Assembly (NCBI RefSeq): GCF_964204645.1
Contig: NC_134025.1
Location: forward strand, 12,586,001-12,650,000
DNA from: Tubulanus polymorphus
Taxonomy: Eukaryota; Animalia; Nemertea
Direction of reading: 5' to 3'
Length of the DNA: 64,000 nt
The notes beneath the pieces were generated by a model, which saw nothing but the letters and a program-made list of their open reading frames with translations, searched no databases and had not been told where the DNA came from. This document shows positions 50,411 through 61,361 of this stretch, one piece after another. The translations under genes and the position numbers were made by a program. Positions within the stretch are counted from its first letter, which is position 1; each line of letters opens with the position of its first letter.

Positions 50411-51016
50411 ATGGTAGGTGAAAAGAAAATAAAATCTAAAAATGGTGATGTTCCAATTGAAAAAACTTTAGATGATTTAGGAATAACAGAAAACAAATTA
50501 ATTCCAGATGATGGTGCTTTAAATAATGTTACAACAAATAATAATTATGAATATTATCTTTATTGCAAACATCAATTAGAAATATTAATAGCATCTGGAA
50601 AATGTAAAAAATTTGTCGATAAAAATTTAACTTATAATGAATTAGATGCAATGAAATCAAATGAAATTATTAGATTATTTAAGATTTATGAAGCCGCGAG
50701 AACAGCTAAAATTAATGACGCGATATCAGAAAATGTAGTAAAAGGTTATAGTAAATTATGTAATTATATACTACCAATTGAAAATGAAAATAGATTATAT
50801 TCCGATTTAAAAAATGACTATTTAGTTATGACTGAATTAAATAAATGGATTGGATATTCATCATTTCAATTAGGTGGATTTATGACATTATTATCAACCG
50901 GGGTTATAACATTTTCAAATATTGAAAGTAAAAATATTTCTATAATAAATGAGCGAAGTGAAAGAAGCGAAGGAATTAACTGTGAAGAAAAAACCGAGAA
51001 CTCAGAAACAAATTGA
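50411..51016 (+). CDS. Hypothetical Maverick protein (201 aa)
   Basis: Intact ORF with a T-tract/TAAATG start. Confidence 0.7.
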   Translation: MVGEKKIKSKNGDVPIEKTLDDLGITENKLIPDDGALNNVTTNNNYEYYLYCKHQLEILIASGKCKKFVDKNLTYNELDAMKSNEIIRLFKIYEAARTAKINDAISENVVKGYSKLCNYILPIENENRLYSDLKNDYLVMTELNKWIGYSSFQLGGFMTLLSTGVITFSNIESKNISIINERSERSEGINCEEKTENSETN

Positions 51017-51359
51017 ATGGTCTCGGCAATTAGGAATTAAATCACAAGAATATAAAAAAGCTGTAAAAGAAAAAATGAGTAATAAAAATGTTAATAAAAA
51101 TGGTGAAAATATTGTTATTTCTACTCCTTCTGATAGTAGAATATTTGATAAATATTTATATTTTACAGTTGGATTTGTAATTGTATTCATTTTGATTGGG
51201 TGTGATTGGTATAAGAAATCAAATAAAATTCATGATGTTAGTAATTCTGAACCAACTGCTATCAAAAATGAAAGTACTTCTGAAATTCCAAAATTGATAA
51301 TAAAAAAATGGATTAATATTTTAGAAAAAAAGCAAAAAAAAATAATTTTTTTTAATTAA
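50949..51359 (+). CDS. Hypothetical basic protein with a TM segment (136 aa)
   Basis: KKKPRTQKQIEWSRQLG followed by YLYFTVGFVIVFILIG; TAAATG start. Confidence 0.62.
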   Translation: MSEVKEAKELTVKKKPRTQKQIEWSRQLGIKSQEYKKAVKEKMSNKNVNKNGENIVISTPSDSRIFDKYLYFTVGFVIVFILIGCDWYKKSNKIHDVSNSEPTAIKNESTSEIPKLIIKKWINILEKKQKKIIFFN

Positions 51360-51467
51360 TTGAATATCTCACTACTTTTGTCTATCTATGCGGAGCAATC
51401 AAATTGTCCAGATAAGTCATTTCGGATTCTAGATATTCATTATTTTTATTAATTTATTTTTTTTAAT

Positions 51468-51794
51468 TTAATCAACAATTTCTAAATCATGATGGCCGTC
51501 TTCATTTTTTCCATGATAGATTATTTTAGATCCTTCTAAATCTTTTAATTCCTCTGTACTCAATGAAACCCATTTATCAGGTAAAAATACTTTAAATTCT
51601 CGCGATGTACTAACATTACAGTAGCTTAAATTAGCTGATACTTTCTCTCCATATTTAGTTTTTATCTTTTTAATTTCAATATTTTATGTTCAATTTCTTT
51701 TGTAACATCAACTAACTTTTTTATTTCAAATTGTTTTTTTTGCTGGTTTTATTCTGTTATTTATTGTTGCTAAGAATGTTTTTCTATCTCCCAT
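51468..51794 (-). pseudogene. Small (~108 aa) beta-rich protein missed by the ORF track; frameshifted
   Basis: TAAATG start at 51794 (MGDRKTFLATINNRIK...). The C-terminal frame reads IKKIKTKYGEKVSANL...FKVFLPDKW...KIIYHGKNEDGHHDLEIVD*. Confidence 0.6.
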
Positions 51795-52104
51795 TTATAA
51801 GGAAAACAAATTACTTGTGGTTAAGAGTGGGGATTACTTCCCCCTGTATATAACAAGCGCGCTATTAACCGTTCTCACCCAAGCCTCACAGCATCTATTT
51901 ATCCGGGTACAGTTGACACGCAATCACTGTACTACTACAGTAATAGCACACGCGTTAACCGTTCTCAGTAGAGACTCACTGTATCGATCTATCCACGCGC
52001 AGTTGTTGTTACGCGCACTCACTGTATATGTGTGTCACAGAGCAATCGTCCGTTCTCACTAGAGCCTAGCTGTGATGAGTGGTGTCTCGTACCCGGTTGA
52101 ATTA

Positions 52105-52650
52105 TTATTTTGAGTTATGATATTTTGAATTAAGATGGTGTGATTTATTGCTTCGAGTATAATATTTTCAACAATCACATAACACTTTTTCATTAGGTTC
52201 ATATTTAGGTGTAACAATTTCATTATCTAAGTTACATTGAACTGCAACATCTTTATATGATTTTTCATTATCTAATTCACATTGAATACCAATATTTGAT
52301 GAATTTTCATTATAGATAATTTGTTTATCATCGAAATAATCTTTTCCTAAAACATTATTACTTAAATTTTGATGGTGTTTTTGTGATTCGAGATGTCTAT
52401 TATAATTCCTTTTTGTTATAAATTCATTACAAACTTCACATTTTATTTCATCCACATTCATATTTTCTAATCGTTCTTTTCTTTCATTGGAATTTTCTGG
52501 AGTTTCAAAATCTATTACATTTTTTATATGATTTGCAGTTTTTTCATGTCGTGATTTTTGGGATTTATCAATGTATTTTTTACAATATTGGCAATAATAT
52601 TGATTTTTATTAACATTATTGTTTTCTGGCTGGTGTTCATTCTCCCCCAT
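52105..52650 (-). pseudogene. Zinc-finger protein sharing its first ~109 aa with pPolB via the TIR; premature TGA at 52168-52170
   Basis: Reading through the stop completes a third finger: CDC*KYYTRSNKSHHLNSKYH. Confidence 0.7.
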
Positions 52651-52735
52651 TTATTAGGGAAAAAAATTACTTGTGGTGATGAGTGGTGTCTCGACCGCTC
52701 GACCGCTGATCTGAAAACGCCATCTTCTAATTACT
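52323..52735 (-). repeat. Right terminal inverted repeat (413 bp)
   Basis: Reverse complement of 35535-35947. Confidence 0.93.
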
Positions 52736-53184
52736 GTCAGTTACTGACCATCATGGTGTCACCATTGTGGTCTATAGCTCAAATGAAACATGTGGAACCG
52801 ACGAAGGGGCCCAAAAGCGTTAAGTCATTTCCTGGAGTGAAGTGATCCAAAAATGCCCTAACTGGAAAAGGCAGTCTCTCAATTGGATGAAACCAAATCG
52901 GACAGGACAATTAAAATTTGGGAAGGCCACAGGCAGTGGTCTTTCTACGAAGCCCACGCGGTGAGCGTATTATTATGAAATCTTTTTTTAAACCACCATG
53001 TACCACGAAGTAATAAGCATCGTTGTAAGCACTTGAAACAGCCATTAACCACTTGAAACTGTCAGATCAAACATCACACCGCATCCCCGCAAAGAGGGGT
53101 GGTTCAGCAAACCGGAGTTTTCATTAGCCTCTCTAGACTACCCCGCCAGTACGGGTAGCCGAGCAAACCGGAAAACTCATAATG

Positions 53185-53620
53185 CGCCAGTAGTTAAATC
53201 ACGCTTCGTGAGGCCAGGGGCTGGTGGAAGCGAGTTCGGGAGTGATACCGGACCCCTGGGTAAGCGAGGATGACACAGGTGCATCTTCAACCGTCAAGGG
53301 ATTCGAACCCACTACGCTAAAGCTGTTCCCGAACCCCTTGACCTCACGAGTCGTTGGAGTCGTTACTAGCCGACCAGAATCCGGTCGTACCAATCACAGC
53401 GCTTGTAACAAACCGACAGTAGACTCCTGTTGGTTTTCCCGTTAAATGGACTAATCAGCGAACGTTTTACCGAACAAGGAAGTATTTCGCAAATCGATAT
53501 ATGACGTCATGCGCAACAGAGCCAGTAATGAAATCACGCTTCGTGAGGCCAGGGGGCTGGGGGAAGCGAGTTCGGGAGTGATACTGGACCCCTGGCAAGC
53601 GAGGATGACGCAGGTGGCGC
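53185..53620. repeat. Continuation of the ~335-bp tandem repeat
   Basis: 'gccagta.t.aaatcacgcttcgtgaggccagggg' occurs at 53186 and 53521. Confidence 0.75.
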
Positions 53621-53790
53621 AGAATTGGACAGGCGACCAGTCTAGTTTTGTAACCGCGGAGCGTGCGAAGTCACAGTGAGTTGTCGCGCGTAATTCTCCG
53701 GGATTCGACCCTGCGCGCGATGATGCGGTGATGTGAAAAAGGTTTCATTGCTCCACACGTCCGAAGTTGTTCTTCTAGCAGCTAATCCTA

Positions 53791-55769
53791 TGGAAGACCT
53801 CAGACGACATACGAGATATGAGATATAACATACGAGATATGAGATGCAACATACGAGATACGACATATGACATACGTTATTTACAGTACGGGTGTCCGTC
53901 CGCTAGCGCAACCGCAGTGTATATTTTTCAACATCTACTCGGCGTATACTACGACACGTGCGCAGGCAGTGGCGTACATTAACTATGAATATCAATATGC
54001 GAAAAACGTTTCATTTGAAAATAAAAATATTTAAAAATATTCGATCAACCACTCCCGGGGACCGGCTTCTCGCTGTGACGTCAGTGGGCCACTCTTAGTG
54101 TGAGACACCGATGGTCCGGTGATTCGAGTTGGCTCCAAATACGGGGCTACAGCCCCTAAATCCACCAAAAACGCCTCAAATTCCATTTTTGGGTGTACAA
54201 AAATCCCTCAAAAAGAGTTAGCCATGGCCCTTCAAATTGGTGGTAATTAAGAATTGCGCCTAGTCAAGGGTTTAAACTTCGCGTTCGATCGAGTGTTTTC
54301 GATGAAGAATGAAAGATGTATGTATATTACGAATGCCGATGACCAAAGAGTCTTAAAAAAGTCCGACACACGCGGAATCTGTTTAGTGTACTATGATTTC
54401 AACAAATGAATTGAAACATGGACATGAATTAAGAATACTAAAGATATCATAAATTTATTGAATGAATTATTCATTAAATATCAGAATGGAGTTCCATTGT
54501 ATCACTCTCAGCTCCTGGCCCTAGTCCAGCTGATTTCGTTTATCACGACGTTTTTTGCGACGGGTGCAAACACACCATACGAGCAACGTTCCGGTGTTCC
54601 GCTAATTCCCTGTCTAAAGAAATGTTACTTGATATTTCCATGGATCTCTTATCTTTACAAATGTAAGAGCTGTTGTGTTTTGCTGAAGACTTATTTATGT
54701 GGTTCCTGTACTTTTGTCAATAAACAGTTTTAAAACTGGCCATGATAATTGATAAGAATGATCTTAAATTGGATTCTCCGATTATGAAAGTTATTCAGAT
54801 TCAGCCATTGGCCCTTTTCATGAAAGATGTCGGAAAAGAAAGATAGCCAAAAAGCCTTCAGAATACACAAGTACCTAAATTGAACAAATTTTCAGGGGAG
54901 GACCCCAAACTATGGCTTCAGAAAGACAGTGCCGCATACTGCCCTGACAGTTAGCGAAAACTGGCCAGTCTCGACTCTCAACGGCTGGTCTAGTGGACTC
55001 ACCAGTCTACCCCGGTAGCTCGATAGGGATGGAATTTAGCTGGGGATTTCAAACCTTGAGAGAGAGCACGGGAGTTCTTAATCTGGATACCAGGGTGATG
55101 TGCGGGTTCCCGGGTTGTTTGGGATTCAAGAACTCAGGCAGAGGTGTCAAACAGCGGAGGAGGGGTACAAGGGGGGCGGGATTTCCGGCTGCGGAGTTTT
55201 TTTTAGAATTTTGATTTCTGATGCAGAAAAGCCGGCGGTTACGGCGAGCGGTGAACAGTAGTTATTTTTTCTGCAGGCATCGAGTAACCGGAACCCCGGC
55301 TCCTGAACACCAGGCCGTTTTCAGACCAAAGGAAGACAAGAAATAGCATAATATTATGAACTTGAACAGTTTGATATCTTTTTAGTTTTGTGATTTGAAA
55401 AACTTTTCGTCGCCCGCGGGAGAGGAACGGCCGGCGCGCCTAATAAAAAAAATTATTAGTCCACGGTGTTCACAGTATGGCCTAATATCGTTGTGTCCAG
55501 TCCAGGTGTCCATTATCCAAAAGAAATCTATTTCTGGTTTGAGTAAAATGTTGACTATGTTGGTTTTCATATAATTGACGATGACTGTACGCGTCACCAT
55601 GTTAAACGATTTATATGCAGTAAATATTGAAAAAACATACACTGTGGTGGCGCTAGCGGACGGACTGTAAATAAGTCGTATCTCGTATGTCATATGTCGT
55701 ATCTCGTATGTTGCATCTCATATCTCGTATGTTATATCTCATATCTCGTATGTCGTCTGAGGTCTTCCA
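53791..55769. mobile_element. Non-autonomous TIR DNA element with TA flanks
   Basis: TIRs of about 120 bp starting tggaagacctcagacgacatacgagat and built of short 'atacgagatatgag' repeats. Confidence 0.75.
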
Positions 55770-56017
55770 TACAATCCAACCAATCATTGTCGTGCGCAAA
55801 AGAAAGCAATTTACATGTGGATGGTGCATGCCCAGAAAAAAACGTCAGTAAGTAGCCATTATTGATTTGGTTGAGCAGGGGCTCGTCACGCCTGGGGGTC
55901 CAAAAATAAAATCAAAATATGACTCGGTAAAAGTGCAGATCTGCACCTGCTGCGTAAACGGTTCAATCAATTACATTAAATATCATTGTTTGAGATTCAA
56001 AATATCATCAGCAATAA

Positions 56018-57289
56018 GGGATATCGACAAATTCAAGTTCTTGAATTACTCGTTTGATGGCGCTAGTCAGAACCGGAAATTGGAACCTAAATCCGCCATG
56101 TTCTAGGCTAGTTCATTTGCAATAAAAATCTCTCGCTTCAAGTTTTTAGTTAGCGATATTTTACTTACTATACATAGGCACGCATAATCCTTTAAGTATG
56201 ATATCCTGACAATGTGTTGAATTCGATAAAACCTCACTTTGAACGCTAAAGATCACTAGAAATGTCAACAAATTATCCGGTCATCCTTATTACCGAGATG
56301 ATGTATTTTACCGAGATCAACCGAGATGAAATTTAATATAACATATTTATTTATTCCATATCGATTTTAACCATTGAAATGAAAAAACCATGTTATATCT
56401 AATAAATACCTCCTAGAGTCATATTTTACATATTTTGTCGGATATTTTTGGAAAAATAACTTTTAACTTTACCGAGATGAGATCGTCGATCAATCAAATT
56501 CAATGAAATTTTATTGCCAACCGAGTTTACGTTTTTGAAGTCAAAATTTTTTTAAATAAAAAAATATGTAAAATATGACTAGGAGGTATTTATTACTGAT
56601 ATAACATGATTTCAAGTGTTAAAATCGATAAGGAATAAGTAAATATGTTATATTTAATTTCATCTCGGTTGATCTCGGTTCATCTCGGTAAAATACATCA
56701 TCTCGGTAATAAGGATGACCCAAATTATCAAAAATCACAAATTTAGCGATGACGCTCGAAGCAGCTAACGGAAGTAATGACTGGTGCCGGGTGGCATCAC
56801 TTTCTTGTTGAGTTCAAGACTCTAAGGTGAATTCATTGCAGACTACACTGATAAATATGAAATAATATTACGAAATGAAATTGATTTTAGAAGGACTACA
56901 CTCGTAGATTCATAATAAAAGTATGAAAAGTACCAGGACTCGAACCAACAATCGAAATTGGGCTGTCAAGTGCTGCCACCATGTGATACCTGGCAACCAG
57001 TCTTTACATCTTCAGCCGTTGCAAAATGTTTTTTGATAATTTTAGGACCTTTATAGTGATTTCTAGCCTTTGCAGTGAGGTTTTATCATATCCAACATAG
57101 CGGTAGAATAACATATTTAAAGGATTACACTTGACGATATATAGTGGGTAAAATATCGATCATTGAAAACTTGAAGCGAGAGATTTTCATTGCAAATGAA
57201 CTAGAGCATGGAGGATTTAGGTTCCAATTTCCGGTTCTGACTAGCGCCATCAAACGAGTAATTTAAGAACTTGAATTTGTCGATATCCT
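56018..57289. mobile_element. Foldback-type non-autonomous element with long TIRs
   Basis: 56018-56270 is inverted at ~57030-57289 (ggatatcgacaaattcaagttc...). Confidence 0.72.
56278..56721. mobile_element. Palindromic MITE with an 8-bp TSD (AAATTATC), hAT-like
   Basis: TIRs ggtcatccttattaccgagatgatg; TSD at 56270-56277 and 56722-56729. Confidence 0.75.
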
Positions 57290-58386
57290 GTATTCATACA
57301 TTGCCATTGGTTAATTTTAAGATATCTTCACTAGGAAGATTTTAGCCTGGATTCTGCCACGGTCCTCCTTATTACCGAGATGACGTATTTTACCGAGATG
57401 AACCGAGGAGATGACATGTGTGATTGTGAAATATAACATGTTTATTAGGGTTTTCGGACTTTCGTCGAAAACCCTCTTGGAATTCTGTGGATTATTATTA
57501 TTATTATTAATATTATTCCACTTTTTGGTATACCTTTGTCAGCGATATGATGTTGGCATTGAGCCAATTCATGTAAAATCGCGGTACGTTTTTTTATGTG
57601 AGCATTTGTTTCATTGGTTCTCGGCTTAAAAGACGTATAATCGATGCGATTGAAGACATGGCGAACCTCCGTCGATGACATGGTCAACTGAGTTAAAATT
57701 CTACGAAAGACTGTTTTTGGCGGGAAAATTCTTAGCTCTCGCGTATAAAATTGCAATGACCTCGATTGGGGGGGCGTTGTCTCTACGAACAAATGGGATT
57801 GTTTTTTGGATAACGGGGAATTCCGGCGCTACTAAAATTATGGGAAAGCCATAGAATGGTGTACGTTTCATTGGACTAGGTGCCGTATACGTGCCGATTT
57901 CAAATGCTCATTGCTGGTGAGGATGTAATTATTTCACTCATCTGCCATAGGTATTGTTTCATTTTAATACCCGGTGATTGTTTTGATTGACATTGAGGTG
58001 TAAGCGAATATTCACTTACACGAGGCCTCCACATGCACGCGGAGTGCTACACCACACACACACAAGCTCGTACAGTACACTACGGTGATGCTGTAACGCG
58101 TGAACGTTTGATATGAAAATAGGCTGAATAATCATAGCAGAAGATGAGCGCTGTGTTTTCTGTTCGATAGAATTTGTAATAAATTGTAATTTCTTGTGAC
58201 CTGAAAATACTAAGCAGCAAACTAAAAGGTCTGTCGAGGTCTGAATATTGTAGTGGTAAATTCCAGGACTTAAAACGATCTAATAGCCGATTTCTTCTGT
58301 ACCACCGATATTTTAGCTTCCGTGGCCAACATTGGAAGAGGTTTCCAAGACCCAATATTCAGCCACCCTCTGATATGTGATGAATT

Positions 58387-58960
58387 TTAGGCCATCCCAA
58401 AATAATGGTCTGTTTGCCGTAACCCGACCAACCTGACTTCAGAGGTACCGAGTGAAAACTTGTTTCTAGGATTCATTGAAATAAATTTTATTTTTGATAA
58501 AAACAGCCGACCGACTATGAGCTACGTATGTTTGAATTCTAGTGTGCATGGTGTGAAAACATGCCTTGACATGTGGCCTAGTTTAAGTTTCCAGGAAACT
58601 GGCAGTGTTCCAATAAGCTGCCATTCATTCTAATAGTGACTAAAGTGACTGAATAGCTGGTAACGTGAAAGCGCGCACATATTCAATGTACCGTTTCATT
58701 TTTAAGACAGAGATGACGCTCTGGACGAAGTTATAATTTTAGAATAATTCTTGAAATCTACGCTATTAGACAAATTTCCTGTGCGCAACGTAGATGATTT
58801 TTTGCGATATTGTTTCCATGTAAAAAAGCCCAAAGGTGAAAAATTTGTTTTTTTTTTGCCCAAAAATTTTGCAAAAAAAAAATTCTACCTACCTACCGAC
58901 TCATCCTGAAAAGTTGAGTCGGTGTTGCAGCAAACAGACAATTATTTTGGGATGGCCTTA
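58387..58960. mobile_element. MITE
   Basis: TIRs aggccatcccaaaataat.gtctgtttgc / gcaaacagacaattattttgggatggcct. Confidence 0.65.
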
Positions 58961-59099
58961 TTTGAATGTGACCGGCCTTATTTCCTCTATCGAATGACAG
59001 CAACCGATCGATTTCGGGTTTCTGGAGATCCACTTCTACAGCTGTGTTTCGCCGACTCCTCACGGTCCGAGACCAACAATAGCCAAGACAACGATCGAC

Positions 59100-60858
59100 A
59101 AACCTGCGGCAACAGGAATAAACAATATATAAGTTTATTAACACACATAGGTGTTGTCGGTAAGGACAACAAACAATGAATAATTCCCTATACAACATAT
59201 CTTATATTAACAATTTAACATTATTTCATATTGATCGAAATGAAACTTTCCAAAGAACCTTCACCTAACTCACCCTAAACTGACACCACATAAATTCGAT
59301 TACTCCGGAATTTACAATTTGTATTATATAAGATACTTATAAAGTTATGGATTTAAACAATATCTTACCTGCGGCAACAGGAATAAACAATATAGAAGTT
59401 TATTAACACACATAGGTGTTGTCTGTAAGGACAACAAACAATGAATAATTGCCGCGAAAAACCAGAACGCCACCTACTTAGAAAAAGGATGGCAGCACTG
59501 TACGGAACGGTTTCCCCTACAAGTTCACCCGGTTACATCTACCTCCTGGCAGAAAGAATATCGTCCTCGATATCAGGAAAATAGAAAGATAGATATATCA
59601 AATATATATATTTCGAATAAAATGCGCTATTAATTTTAAAAGTTTTTTTAAAATTTTTTTTTTAGGATTATATACTATCCAATCGTACTTTTTAAAAGCT
59701 TACTCATACCATAGTTATACTATTTAACCAGAGAATAAAAATTTGACACATGACTTATACATATTTCTACGCAAACCTTACTACGTTCGATTTAGTTTCA
59801 CTGGTCAATTTATCACGTCCCATCACAGTTACACAATTTCAAAATAGCCGCCATAATAGCTTCATTAGAACTTATGGCAGGATCTTTTCCTGCAGCAAAG
59901 AGAATCTCAATTTTCTTTGTCCATGATGGGCTTAACTGTGTTTGACCCACCACATAATCATCAAATCTAGTAGGCAATTTGCGTACTCGCTGAGGTCGAG
60001 GAGACCTGACTTCATTATCATTATCATTGCCCCCAGCCACCCCACTTTCAGAATTATTCCTACTTTCTACTTCATCCTCTGTTTCAGAATGAAACACTAC
60101 TGGAGTGTGACTTGCAGACGATTCCGTGACAGGGTCAGACTGCTCAATAGTTAGCGGAGGTTGACTAGAAACGTTTCTCACAATTGGAGTGGTAGAAGAT
60201 ACTGCACTGTCAGCTCCGGTGTTATCAATCAAATCCCCAGATTGGCGATCCGACTCCACCATCACACTCTCCGGTGCAGCACCGTCTAATTCGTCGACTA
60301 TATTATGACCCCTTCTCTCTATGATTACAAAATCATCTAACGACTCAGTTTCGTCAACCGACTCGGTTTCGAATACCTCCAGATCCAAGCATGGAGTAGG
60401 TTTTTCCACAACTGCTCTCTCTTTAAGAGACGCCTTGGGCATTCGCAGAGGTACTGACAAGACCAACAATAGATTCCTATGCAAGGTTTTACGCTTGTTG
60501 GTTACAGTACTCTCCACTACGTAAACTGGTATTTCAGGATTGGGCTGACCAATCACAAGATAGGGATTTTCTTCCCACCGGTCGCCTAACTTATTCCTAA
60601 ACTGACACCACATAAATTCGATTACTCCGGAATTTACAATTTGTATTATATAAGATACTTATAAAGTTATGGATTTAAACAATATCTTACCTGCGGCAAC
60701 AGGAATAAACAATATAGAAGTTTATTAACACACATAGGTGTTGTCTGTAAGGACAACAAACAATGAATAATTGCCGCGAAAAACCAGAACGCCACCTACT
60801 TAGAAAAAGGATGGCAGCACTGTACGGAACGGTTTCCCCTACAAGTTCACCCGGTTAC
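59100..60858 (-). mobile_element. Internally deleted Gypsy LTR retrotransposon remnant with tandem LTRs
   Basis: Direct repeats 59276-59537 and 60597-60858 start TGTAAC on the minus strand and are followed by PBS-like TGGTGTCAG. A purine tract precedes the 59537 LTR. ORF 59813-60613 is the post-integrase tail (KLGDRWEENPYLV...TLHRNLL...RPQRVRKLPTRFDDY). Confidence 0.8.
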
Positions 60859-61361
60859 ATGAATATTTTTTCATATTATATTAAACATATTTTTTTGAAA
60901 ATATAAAATAGTTTCCCTGCCGTGCCTACCTGTACCCTACAAACTTTTAGACGTGGACCGCAAACAAATGTATATCTTTGGTCTTATTTGACTACAAAAT
61001 AATTCTTTAGGAAAGATAAAATACAATATAAACTGTGGATCTTTGAAGTCACGAATTAAAAAGATTTTTCAAGCAATGCCCTTACTCCAAACAACCTCTA
61101 GCTTTCAAGGTAAACCACACTTTGCCCATGGGCAATTTATTTCGAACATAAAATGTATCTCGTCTCAGATCCGACAACTAATCAATAATACATGCTCTAA
61201 TAAACGTTGAGGGAGATGAAGCGCTCTGAAAGCATTGGGTAGAATCCTTTGAAATGTTTGACGTACCTTAAAATCCGGCTTAATAACTGAACCCAGCCTG
61301 ATTTTGATACAGAGCTGGTAGGCCTATATGTAATATCCCATCACCTCTCCCGTCGGTTAGA

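Larger units (their letters stand above)
35535..52735 (+). mobile_element. Full-length Maverick/Polinton (adintovirus-like) endogenous DNA virus, 17,201 bp
   Basis: AGTAATTAG...CTAATTACT termini, 413-bp TIRs and a 6-bp TSD GTCAGT (35529-35534, 52736-52741). It carries pPolB, integrase, ATPase and capsid genes, is intronless, and is much more AT-rich than the flanks. Confidence 0.97.
31917..53184 (+). mobile_element. CATT...AATG element copy 3 (31917-35534 plus 52742-53184), split by the Maverick
   Basis: Both termini are present and it is nearly identical to copy 1 in reverse, apart from an internal ~1.75-kb deletion at ~32685. Confidence 0.85.

Noticed and set aside
35535-52735. Contaminating free virus or bacterial prophage
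   Set aside because: A perfect 6-bp TSD and precise interruption of a host repeat whose empty site is visible at ~17660 show genuine integration.
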